A DNA stretch of 52,714 nt from Patescibacteria group bacterium (lineage in GTDB: Bacteria > Patescibacteriota > Minisyncoccia > Phycocordibacterales > UBA9973), in NCBI GenBank assembly GCA_040388575.1, contig JAZKBO010000003.1, positions 1 to 52,714 on the forward strand, read 5' to 3'. Under the pieces are notes generated by a model, which saw only the letters and a list, made by a program, of their open reading frames with translations, did not search any database and was not told the origin of the DNA. Made by a program: the position numbers and the translations under genes. Positions 1 through 8,882 of the stretch are shown one piece after another (the stretch's first letter is position 1; each line of letters opens with the position of its first letter).

Positions 1-95
1 CAAGGTGGTACCACGGTTCGACTGCGCTCACCGCGAGCGACAAGAGACTCGTCCTTGAATTATAACTTCGGTTGTAATTTGAGGACGAGTTTTTT
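1..95 (+). promoter_or_regulatory. T-box riboswitch, 3' part (antiterminator + terminator), upstream of ileS; truncated by window start
   Basis: CAAGG-TGGTACC-ACG (1-15) is the T-box bulge consensus and pairs with CGT-CCTTG (50-57). A competing 20-bp hairpin (47-90, cTTCGg loop) is followed by a T-run. It lies directly upstream of an aminoacyl-tRNA synthetase gene. Confidence 0.9.
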
Positions 96-101
96 ATTTT
101 T

Positions 102-3100
102 ATGGCAGAAGAAAATTCTAAAAAAAGTGAGGCAGCATTGAGGGAAGAAAAGGTTCTAGAATTTTGGTGTGCGAATAAAATTTTCGAAAAGTCACTAGAG
201 CAGACAAAAAAGGGTAAAGAATTTATTTTCTATGAAGGCCCGCCGACGGCTAATGCCAAGCCAGCCCTCCACCACCTTGAAGCTCGAGCTTTCAAGGACG
301 CAGTTCCGCGTTACAAAACCATGCAAGGCTTTCATGTCCGCCGCAAGGCCGGCTGGGACACACATGGTTTACCAGTTGAGCTTCAAGTTGAGAAAAAGCT
401 TGGCTTTAAGTCCAAAATTGATATCGAAGCGTACGGAATTGCAAAATTTAACAAAGAATGCAGAGACAATGTTTGGGAGTATATTAGCGACTGGAATAAA
501 TTTACCGAGCGCAGTGGTTACTGGGTGGATAAAGATAATCCATATGTAACGTACCACAATGATTATATTGAATCCGTCTGGAATGTAGTTAAAGAGGTAG
601 ATAAACAAAAACTTTTATATAAAGATTATAAAGTAGTGCCGTGGTGCCCACGTTGTGGCACTGCGCTTTCCTCCCACGAGCTTGCGCAAGGGTATGAAGA
701 AGTGAAAGATCTTTCGGTTTATGTGAAATTTAAATTAAAAGGAGTTGAAAATGGATATTTTTTAGCCTGGACGACGACTCCATGGACTCTGCCGGGTAAC
801 GTGGCGCTTGCAGTGGGGAAGGATATAGTTTACGTGGAAGCAAAAGTCAAAAACGGAGATATGAACGAGATTTTAGTTCTAGCAAAAGACAGACTCGCGA
901 TATTGCCCGAAGGATATGAAATAGTTGCCGAGCATAAAGGTAGTGAAATGGTAGGCATGGAATATGAGCCACTATTTCCATTCATACAGCCAACGGATAA
1001 AACTTTCAAAATTTATACTGCAGACTTTGTAAATACTACAGACGGTACGGGTATAGTGCACACCGCAGTGATGTATGGGCAGGATGACTTCGAGCTCGGG
1101 ACGAAAGTGGGGCTACCGAAACAACACTTAGTAAATCCTGAGGGTAAATTTATTAAGGGTACTGGATTCCTCGAGGGGCGTTATGTGCGCGAGGTAAATG
1201 CAGATGGCAAGCCGACACTCGCGGTGGATATAATCGATGACTTAAAAAAGCGGAACTTATTTTTCAAACAAGAAAATTACAAACACCAGTACCCACATTG
1301 CTGGCGTTGCCACACTCCGCTCATCTACTATGCACGGGATTCTTGGTATATCAGGATGTCTGACCCAAAAGTAAAAGATAAATTAATTAAAGAGAATAAA
1401 AATATTAATTGGGAGCCAGCATATACTCGTGATGGACGCTTTGGCGAGTGGCTGCGCGAGGTGAAAGACTGGGCAATATCCCGCGAGCGTTACTGGGGCA
1501 CGCCGTTACCAGTGTGGGTATGTAGTAAATGTGACAAGAGGCATGTAGTTGGAAGTATTGAAGATTTGAAAAGTAGAACTAGGAGGTCATGCAACCGCTA
1601 TTTTGTCATGCGCCATGGTGAGGCTGAAAATAATGCTGCAAATATCTACTCTTCAGAGAGAAATAAATACCACTTAACGGAACTTGGTAAAAGCCAGGTG
1701 GAAAAAACTGCTAAATCATTAAAAAAACAAAAAATAACTACAATTTACTGCTCCCCAGTGTTGCGTACTCGTGAGACTGCCCTCATGGTCGCAGATTTGA
1801 TCGGTTTTCCAAAAGATAAAATAATTTACTCTGATGATATAAGGGAGCTTGAATTTGGAGATTTTTCTGGTCACTCAGTTCAAGAATATTGGGACCACGT
1901 TAATAGTAAGCCATGGACCTTCGATACCAAGATCCCAGGCGGGGAGAGCTACCAAGATACTAAGAACCGCTTCGGTAAATTCCTTTATGAAATTGATGAA
2001 AAGCATAAAAACGAAAATATTTTAATAATTTCACATGGAATTTCTATGGAAATGATTCCGGCCGTAATCGAAGGCGCGGACAAAGAGCGGTCTCTCGAAC
2101 TTTTTCATCACGCAGTAAACAACAAGCCAGCTGAACTTAATCGGGAGCATGATTTTATTCGGTTGCCGCACAATGAGGACTATGAATTAGACCTTCATCG
2201 TCCATATATAGACAACCTAGAACTCTGTTGTGACTGCGGTAATGTTATGACCCGTACCAAGGAGGTGATGGATGTGTGGCTGGACTCTGGGGCGATGCCT
2301 TTTGCCCAAGACCATTATCCATTTGAGAATAAAAAGTGGGTGGAGGGTAAAGGCTATCCGGCTGACTTCATTAGTGAGGCTATCGACCAAACCCGCGGCT
2401 GGTTCTACACCCTGCACGCAGTCGGAATATTGATGGGGCGGGGTAAGGCGTATAAAAATGTAATTTGCTTAGGCCACTTGCTCGATGCCACCGGTAAAAA
2501 AATGTCCAAGTCAGTCGGCAATATTGTGGACCCTTGGGAAGTCATGGATAAATATGGGGTGGATACATTGCGATTATGGATGTATTCGGTAAATCAGCCT
2601 GGGGAGTCGAAAAATTTTGATGAAAAGACAGTCGCCTTACTCCAGCAACAAGTTTTCGGGCTACTTTACAACGTCTTGGCGTTTTACGAATTATACAGGG
2701 ATGCAAAAATAGAAAATAATACGAGGCCGAGCTCAAAAAATATTCTGGATGTTTGGATTTTGGCGCGGCTGGATGAATTAGTTAAACTTTCGACCGAAAA
2801 TCTGGATAATTATAAATTACTTGAGCCGACGAGGGCCGTGAAGGATTTTGTGGGCGACCTTTCTACTTGGTACTTGCGTCGCTCGCGCGAGAGGATGAAA
2901 GAAGGGGATGCAGACGCGAAGGCAACTTTATATTTTATCTTGAAAACTTTATCTAAACTGTTGGCTCCATTTGCGCCCTTTGCTGCCGAGGATATTTGGC
3001 TTAAATTAAAAAATGAAAGTGATGTGGAGAGTGTGCATTTAGCCCCATGGCCAAAGGAAGGTAAAATAAATTCGAAAATTATTGAGGAAATGGGGATGAC

Positions 3101-3578
3101 TCGGGAAGTAGTTTCCTTAGGTTTGGAAGCTAGGCAGAAGGCGAAGGTCCAGGTGCGTCAGCCACTCCAATCAATATTCATTCAAGACAAAAAATTTGAT
3201 GCACTGGAAAAAAATCCAGAAATGTTAGGCCTTATTAAGGAGGAACTAAATATTAAGGATGTTATTTTTGACCACTCATCTAAGAAAGGCGCTGAAAGCG
3301 TGGTAATAGATATAAATATCAGTGCCGAATTAAAACAAGAAGGTAACTATCGCGAGCTTTTGCGCGCGATTCAGGATATGAGGAAGAAACAAGGGCTCAC
3401 CCCAAGTGACGTCATCACACTAACAATTGAAACTAATGATGTCGGTAAAAATTTAATCCAAAAATTCGAACAGGATATGAAGAAGGTTGTCTTAGCTTCC
3501 AAGATTGAGCTAGCTCAAACTGAAGGGGAAGAAGCAAATATCTCCGGGCTGTTATTTAAAGTTAAAATTTCAAAATAA
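102..3578 (+). CDS. ileS: Isoleucine--tRNA ligase (type 2) with inserted histidine-phosphatase domain
   Basis: GPPTAN..ALHH, GWDTHGLP, WTTTPWTL, DWAISRERYWG, DQTRGWFY and KMSKS motifs; internal RHGE...SP..R...SHG segment. Confidence 0.97.
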   Translation: MAEENSKKSEAALREEKVLEFWCANKIFEKSLEQTKKGKEFIFYEGPPTANAKPALHHLEARAFKDAVPRYKTMQGFHVRRKAGWDTHGLPVELQVEKKLGFKSKIDIEAYGIAKFNKECRDNVWEYISDWNKFTERSGYWVDKDNPYVTYHNDYIESVWNVVKEVDKQKLLYKDYKVVPWCPRCGTALSSHELAQGYEEVKDLSVYVKFKLKGVENGYFLAWTTTPWTLPGNVALAVGKDIVYVEAKVKNGDMNEILVLAKDRLAILPEGYEIVAEHKGSEMVGMEYEPLFPFIQPTDKTFKIYTADFVNTTDGTGIVHTAVMYGQDDFELGTKVGLPKQHLVNPEGKFIKGTGFLEGRYVREVNADGKPTLAVDIIDDLKKRNLFFKQENYKHQYPHCWRCHTPLIYYARDSWYIRMSDPKVKDKLIKENKNINWEPAYTRDGRFGEWLREVKDWAISRERYWGTPLPVWVCSKCDKRHVVGSIEDLKSRTRRSCNRYFVMRHGEAENNAANIYSSERNKYHLTELGKSQVEKTAKSLKKQKITTIYCSPVLRTRETALMVADLIGFPKDKIIYSDDIRELEFGDFSGHSVQEYWDHVNSKPWTFDTKIPGGESYQDTKNRFGKFLYEIDEKHKNENILIISHGISMEMIPAVIEGADKERSLELFHHAVNNKPAELNREHDFIRLPHNEDYELDLHRPYIDNLELCCDCGNVMTRTKEVMDVWLDSGAMPFAQDHYPFENKKWVEGKGYPADFISEAIDQTRGWFYTLHAVGILMGRGKAYKNVICLGHLLDATGKKMSKSVGNIVDPWEVMDKYGVDTLRLWMYSVNQPGESKNFDEKTVALLQQQVFGLLYNVLAFYELYRDAKIENNTRPSSKNILDVWILARLDELVKLSTENLDNYKLLEPTRAVKDFVGDLSTWYLRRSRERMKEGDADAKATLYFILKTLSKLLAPFAPFAAEDIWLKLKNESDVESVHLAPWPKEGKINSKIIEEMGMTREVVSLGLEARQKAKVQVRQPLQSIFIQDKKFDALEKNPEMLGLIKEELNIKDVIFDHSSKKGAESVVIDINISAELKQEGNYRELLRAIQDMRKKQGLTPSDVITLTIETNDVGKNLIQKFEQDMKKVVLASKIELAQTEGEEANISGLLFKVKISK

Positions 3579-4222
3579 TGCGCCAGGTTTTAGATATCTA
3601 TAAGGAATATAAAATAATGCCTAGCTTGCAGATGCACATGTTGCGCGTGGCAGCGGTGGCCAGCATCCTTTGTGACAATTTAACAGTGCCGATAAATAAA
3701 GAGGAGATGGTAACTGCATGCCTACTTCACGACATCGGTAATATCATAAAATTCGACATGACTATATTCCCAGATTTTTTTAAACCTGAAGGTGTGGCTT
3801 ATTGGCAAGCAGTCAAGGATGAATTCATAAAAAAATATGGTAACGATGAGCACAAGGCTAGTGTTGAAATCGTGAAAGAGCTTGGATGTAATGAGAGAGT
3901 AATCGAGATAGTGGATAGTATTGATTTTAGTAATTTTTATAGAAATCGGGATAGCGAAAATATGAGTTTTAAAGTTGCAACATATGCTGATGCACTGGTG
4001 GGTCCGTACGGTGTCGTTTCCTATGAAGAGAGAATGGAGGATAGTAAGAAACGTTACGCGGCTGTAAATAAAGGCAGGGAGGTAGAACGAGCGCGATTAG
4101 TCGAGTGTGGTGCAGAAATGGGGCGACAAGTTTTTTCACATTGTAAAATAAAGCCAGAAGACATCACAGACGAAGCTGTGGCTCCTATAATAGAAGAGCT
4201 TAAGAATTTTGTGATAAAATAG
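3578..4222 (+). CDS. HD-domain metal-dependent phosphohydrolase
   Basis: HMLRV...LLHDIGN...H...YAD motif pattern; TAATG overlap with the ileS stop. Confidence 0.8.
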   Translation: MRQVLDIYKEYKIMPSLQMHMLRVAAVASILCDNLTVPINKEEMVTACLLHDIGNIIKFDMTIFPDFFKPEGVAYWQAVKDEFIKKYGNDEHKASVEIVKELGCNERVIEIVDSIDFSNFYRNRDSENMSFKVATYADALVGPYGVVSYEERMEDSKKRYAAVNKGREVERARLVECGAEMGRQVFSHCKIKPEDITDEAVAPIIEELKNFVIK

Positions 4223-4226
4223 GATA

Positions 4227-4808
4227 GTGAAGAAAGTCTATATAATCCATGGATTTGGAGGAGTACCCAATGGGGGCTGGTTTCCATGGTTAATGAGAGA
4301 ATTAGCCAAAGAGAGCATTTTCGCTTGTTCCTTGCCTATGCCAAATACAAATAATCCGAATGTTACGGAATGGGTAGAGGCAATTGGTTCATATATCGGT
4401 GAACCATCCAAAGACACGATAATTGTTGGGCATAGTTTAGGAGTTCCTGCCATATTGCGTTATCTTGAGTCACTTAAAAGTGGAACAAGTATCGGGGGTA
4501 TTTTATTGGTGTCTGGCTTTATCGAGCCGTTAGAAACTGAGAATCCAAAAAGTGAATTCAGAAAAATAGATAATTTCGTTAATCCTCCAATTAATTTTGA
4601 AAAAATAAAAAATATTTCACACGAAGCAATTGTTTTACATGGCGCTAAAGATTTAATCGTTCCATTTTATCATGCAGAAAAAATATCAAAAGGCTTAGAA
4701 TGCAAACTCATAAAAATTGAGAATGGCGATCATTTTAGTCAAAAAATAGAACCAATTTGTTATGAACTTCCTGAAGTATTAGAAGCGCTTAATGAAATGA
4801 CGAAATAA
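4227..4808 (+). CDS. RBBP9/YdeN-family alpha/beta hydrolase
   Basis: IIHGFGG, WFPWL, GHSLG nucleophile elbow, D..VP and late His; GTG start. Confidence 0.85.
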   Translation: MKKVYIIHGFGGVPNGGWFPWLMRELAKESIFACSLPMPNTNNPNVTEWVEAIGSYIGEPSKDTIIVGHSLGVPAILRYLESLKSGTSIGGILLVSGFIEPLETENPKSEFRKIDNFVNPPINFEKIKNISHEAIVLHGAKDLIVPFYHAEKISKGLECKLIKIENGDHFSQKIEPICYELPEVLEALNEMTK

Positions 4809-5326
4809 TGGGAGCTCAAAATATTTGTGAAGGTATTAAATATACAATCTCGGCGACAAATACTATTGCGTTGCCAATCTCATTAGAAAACCTACCAAAG
4901 GAAATTATTGTCAACGGGAAAAAATTACTACTTAAGCCCTCTTTTCATGTCAGCTTGGTCTGTATCAATGAAATCATAAATAAACACAACATCACAATTT
5001 TGAATTTTGTGGATTCAGTGGTGCAAGATTTCTGTGATTTTGTAAGTAAAAATGATATTAAACTTTTAAGTTATCTTAATGAATTTAAATTAGTAACAGA
5101 TAATAATGATAGGGACTGGCACACTGTAGTTGTTTTATGTAAGGTTTCAAACCTTGATAAATTCTTTGATATTGTAAATAGTAAATATAAATTGGAGATA
5201 GAATATCCGCCTACCCATATAACTCTTTACGTAACAGAAGCAAAACCTGGCATTTTTCTCACGGATGCAAAGGATGTAAAATATTTAACTAAGCCTATTC
5301 CAAATCCAATTGGTCGTGCATTATGA
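4808..5326 (+). CDS. 2H phosphoesterase superfamily protein (2'-5' RNA ligase / cyclic phosphodiesterase-like)
   Basis: Two HxS/T motifs (FHVSL, THITL) about 90 aa apart. Confidence 0.7.
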   Translation: MGAQNICEGIKYTISATNTIALPISLENLPKEIIVNGKKLLLKPSFHVSLVCINEIINKHNITILNFVDSVVQDFCDFVSKNDIKLLSYLNEFKLVTDNNDRDWHTVVVLCKVSNLDKFFDIVNSKYKLEIEYPPTHITLYVTEAKPGIFLTDAKDVKYLTKPIPNPIGRAL

Positions 5327-5338
5327 TAAAATAAAACT

Positions 5339-5959
5339 ATGAAGATTACAAAACTCGAACAATCAGGTTTTATTTTTGAAACTGACAAAGGTTTCAAGCT
5401 GGCTGTTGACATTGGTACTTATACACCGATTGAGGAATTGGTGGGCGTGAAGGTGGATGCCATGATTGTTTCCCACATTCACCCGGATCATTTTTCCTTA
5501 GAACATATCAAAAAACTTTCACCTACTAAATTATATTTAAACGGCGAATGCATCGAAGCTTTAGGTGAAGAAGATATTACTTCAGAGGTTGTGACGATAA
5601 AAAGTGGCAAGGACGAAATGATTAATGAAATAAAAGTACAAATCTTCGAAGTTGATCATGGGCCGAACGTGCGAACAAGGCCTAAGGAAAATTTTGGTTT
5701 TCTTTTCACGATAGATGGACAGAATGTTTATTTCGGCGGTGATATTTTTTATCCGTCCGGCATGGATGTGACAAACCTGGAAATTGATTATGCACTATTG
5801 CCCGTTGGTACTCATTACACTTTTGGCCCTGAAGAAGCTTTTGCCTTTGCTAAAACTTTCAAAAAAATCGGCAAGGTCATCGCTATGCACAACCGAGGCG
5901 TACAAGAAAAAACTAATGAATTTTTAAAATTAGCTGAAGGTAACTTTATGGCGGAATAA
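5339..5959 (+). CDS. MBL-fold metallo-hydrolase
   Basis: SHIHPDH motif, FGGD, LPVG..YT, MH. Confidence 0.85.
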   Translation: MKITKLEQSGFIFETDKGFKLAVDIGTYTPIEELVGVKVDAMIVSHIHPDHFSLEHIKKLSPTKLYLNGECIEALGEEDITSEVVTIKSGKDEMINEIKVQIFEVDHGPNVRTRPKENFGFLFTIDGQNVYFGGDIFYPSGMDVTNLEIDYALLPVGTHYTFGPEEAFAFAKTFKKIGKVIAMHNRGVQEKTNEFLKLAEGNFMAE

Positions 5960-5963
5960 TAAT

Positions 5964-6398
5964 ATGCAACAAGAAATTATTGATTTTATAAATAGTAAGG
6001 AGGTGGGGGTTTTGGCGTTGGAGATGATGGATGGCTCGCCACACGGGGCAACAATACACTTTGCCTTAAGTGATGACAAAAAAACATTTTTCTTAGAAAC
6101 ATATCGGGAATACCGCAAGGCGGAAGCTCTTTTTGGCCGTCCTCAATCTCGAGCCACTTTAGTTATTGGTACGGACGAGAGTGTTAACCAAACGCTTCAA
6201 ATGGATGGAACTGTGCAGATAATCAAGCCGGAGGATAAAGAGCTTTATGACAAAGTATATTTTGGAAGATTCCCTAAAAAATTAGAAAAGTCTAAAGACC
6301 CAAAGTTTGTTTTCTTTTCTTTTGTGCCCACCTGGTGGCGTTACACTAACTTCAAGGGGGCTAATGGCAAATTAATAATAACCTCAACTGATAAATAG
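5964..6398 (+). CDS. Pyridoxamine 5'-phosphate oxidase-like FMN-binding protein
   Basis: GVLA...DGSPH, T...RK, TLQMDG, PTWWRY pattern of the split-barrel family. Confidence 0.7.
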   Translation: MQQEIIDFINSKEVGVLALEMMDGSPHGATIHFALSDDKKTFFLETYREYRKAEALFGRPQSRATLVIGTDESVNQTLQMDGTVQIIKPEDKELYDKVYFGRFPKKLEKSKDPKFVFFSFVPTWWRYTNFKGANGKLIITSTDK

Positions 6399-6399
6399 T

Positions 6400-6930
6400 A
6401 TGCACCATATTTATCACACGGAGGGGATAATATTAGGCAGCAGGGGCTATGGTGAAGCTGGCAAATATTATTCAGTTTTTACACGGGACTTGGGTATGAT
6501 TTACGCTTCCGCTCAAGGTGTGCGTAAAATATCTTCCAAATTGCGTTTTGTTTTACAAGATTATGCTTATTTAAAAATTGATCTGGTGCAAGGTAAGGAC
6601 TTTTGGCGTATCATTACCGCGGAGAAAACTGGCTATCTGGAAAAGATTACCAAAAAAACTGAAACTTTTAAAATATTCAACAACATCGCCCGCTTACTCA
6701 AGCGCTTACTACCGGGGACGGAAGCCAACGAGCCTTTATTTCAAGCAGTAGTAAGTGGATTACTCGATTTGGAAAATGCTCATACTAAGGAAGAGTTCGA
6801 AGATCAGGAAATTGGCCTCGTACTTAACATTCTTAAGAAGCTGGGTTATGTTGAGGGCGGCCACGAGGCTGCAAGTAGAGCCCAAGCGATTTCACTAATA
6901 AATCGAGTCCTTAAGGAAACTCATTTGTAG
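6400..6930 (+). CDS. recO: DNA repair protein RecO (short, no Zn finger)
   Basis: TEGIIL...GEA....FTRDLG.I.A.AQGVRK..SKLR N-terminal OB-fold signature. Confidence 0.85.
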   Translation: MHHIYHTEGIILGSRGYGEAGKYYSVFTRDLGMIYASAQGVRKISSKLRFVLQDYAYLKIDLVQGKDFWRIITAEKTGYLEKITKKTETFKIFNNIARLLKRLLPGTEANEPLFQAVVSGLLDLENAHTKEEFEDQEIGLVLNILKKLGYVEGGHEAASRAQAISLINRVLKETHL

Positions 6931-6949
6931 AATATGTTACAATATATAG

Positions 6950-8881
6950 ATGGAGCCTGGCGAAGGAGATAAATTAAACCGAATAGAGGAATTAAAAAGG
7001 AAGCTTTTCAGTAGAAATTATCAAACAAAAATAGAGCATCGGGAAAGTTTTACTGACATGAAGACTCCCAATATACCAGCATCCTGGGGGGAGGGTGTTC
7101 AAGTTGCCAAGGACTTAGGTGAAAAGTTTTTTCAAAAGACGACTTTTTTTAAAAAATTCTTCCTTTTCTCGCTAGGAATTTTTGTTCTTGCGTTAGGCTA
7201 TGCCTCTTATATGTTTTTTGTGTCGGGCAATACCGTTTCTAATGACAATATAGATATTTCTATTCTAGGTAATGCTTTTACTGCTGGTGGGGAGGAATTA
7301 CCACTTCAAATAAGTGTTACTAACAAGAATACCTCACCGCTTCAACTGGTGGACTTGGTAGTTGAATATCCCAAGAGCTCGGAGACTCTGTCCGGCTCCG
7401 ATACCGAACGCATCCGGGAATCATTAGGCACAATAGATGCTGGGGCGATACGAAATGAAAATATTAAGGTTGTACTTTTCGGTGAGCAGGGCACAGTGAG
7501 GCCAATTAAAGTTTCTATCGAGTATCGTGTGGAAGGTTCCAACGCAATTTTCGTCAAAGAAAAGTCTTATGATGTGAATATAAACTCAACACCGATTAAT
7601 CTATCAGTAGATGCGCCCGAAACTGCGAGTTCAAATGATGAGATAAGTTTCAACATCAAGGCCGCATTGAATGCCACCAGGCCTGCCGAGAAAATATTAC
7701 TCAAGGTGGACTATCCAGTTGGCTTCCAATTTGTTAAAGCTAACCCCATGCCTTCTTTTGGTAACGGGGTATGGGACCTGGGCGACTTAGCCCCAGGGGC
7801 CGAGAAAAATATTTCTATAGAAGGCAGGATGTTGGACGTTTTTGACGGCGAAGAAAAGATTTTCAAAATCTGGACGGGTACTCAATCTGCCGCAGACAAA
7901 GCTGCTATAGACGTAGTTTTTAATTCCCTAGAGCAAAAAATTACAATCAAAAAGCCGCAAATCGAAGCCGGGCTTTATATTGATGGCGTGCACCAGAGGG
8001 AGTACCAAGGCTATTCTAACACCCCCATTACTGGCGAGATACGTTATGCTAATAATCTCGACACCACAATAAATGATATGCAAATACGGGCTACAATTAC
8101 TGGCAACGCTATTAATCGTAAAACTATCAATGCCCAGCAAGGGTTTTTTGACTCCTCTACAAATACAATAGTTTGGGATAAAAATTCATCTAGTAAATTT
8201 CAGGAAGTGAATCCAGGGGATTCCGGCTCGGTAACTTTTTCTTTCACGCCTCTTTCCTTACTCTCGGCCTCCGATGGGCTACTCTCAAGCCCTTCGATCA
8301 ATATCGATGTTAAAATTTCTGGCAAACAGGCGCAGGAAGGCTACGATACCCAAAACTTAAGTAACACGGAATCATCCGTAATTAAAATTATCTCTGACTC
8401 TGGTCTCGCTACCAAAGCACTTTACTTCTCTGGTCCATTTAAAAATACTGGCCCAATTCCGCCACAAGTTGAAAAAGAAACAACATACACTGTGGTCTGG
8501 TCACTTTCCAACACCGCCAACAGTATTTCTAAAGCCCAAGTTCACTCTACCTTGCCTTCCTGGGTAAATTTCGTCGGCAAATTCTCTCCTTCTACTGAGG
8601 ACCTTACCTACAATGCTTCAACTAAAGAAATAACTTGGAACGTGGGGAATATTCCTAGGGGTGCAGGCATTACCACCGCCGGTAGGGAAATTTCATTTGT
8701 AATTTCCCTTTCTCCATCACTCTCGCAGGTAAATACTGCGCCGACAATCATCAATGATGCAGTTTTGACTGGGCATGATGATTTTGCTAATGTGGATGTG
8801 AGAGTTAACAAAGGTTCGCTCACGACCAGGCTGGTGAATGATCCGGACTTCCCGCCAAGTGGGGATAGAGTAGTGGAATAA
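6950..8881 (+). CDS. Single-TM membrane protein with large beta-rich (Ig-like/DUF11-like) extracellular region
   Basis: One TM helix near aa 70-90, repeated WDLGDL.PG / W.VG.I..G beta modules. Confidence 0.6.
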   Translation: MEPGEGDKLNRIEELKRKLFSRNYQTKIEHRESFTDMKTPNIPASWGEGVQVAKDLGEKFFQKTTFFKKFFLFSLGIFVLALGYASYMFFVSGNTVSNDNIDISILGNAFTAGGEELPLQISVTNKNTSPLQLVDLVVEYPKSSETLSGSDTERIRESLGTIDAGAIRNENIKVVLFGEQGTVRPIKVSIEYRVEGSNAIFVKEKSYDVNINSTPINLSVDAPETASSNDEISFNIKAALNATRPAEKILLKVDYPVGFQFVKANPMPSFGNGVWDLGDLAPGAEKNISIEGRMLDVFDGEEKIFKIWTGTQSAADKAAIDVVFNSLEQKITIKKPQIEAGLYIDGVHQREYQGYSNTPITGEIRYANNLDTTINDMQIRATITGNAINRKTINAQQGFFDSSTNTIVWDKNSSSKFQEVNPGDSGSVTFSFTPLSLLSASDGLLSSPSINIDVKISGKQAQEGYDTQNLSNTESSVIKIISDSGLATKALYFSGPFKNTGPIPPQVEKETTYTVVWSLSNTANSISKAQVHSTLPSWVNFVGKFSPSTEDLTYNASTKEITWNVGNIPRGAGITTAGREISFVISLSPSLSQVNTAPTIINDAVLTGHDDFANVDVRVNKGSLTTRLVNDPDFPPSGDRVVE

Positions 8882-8882
8882 T

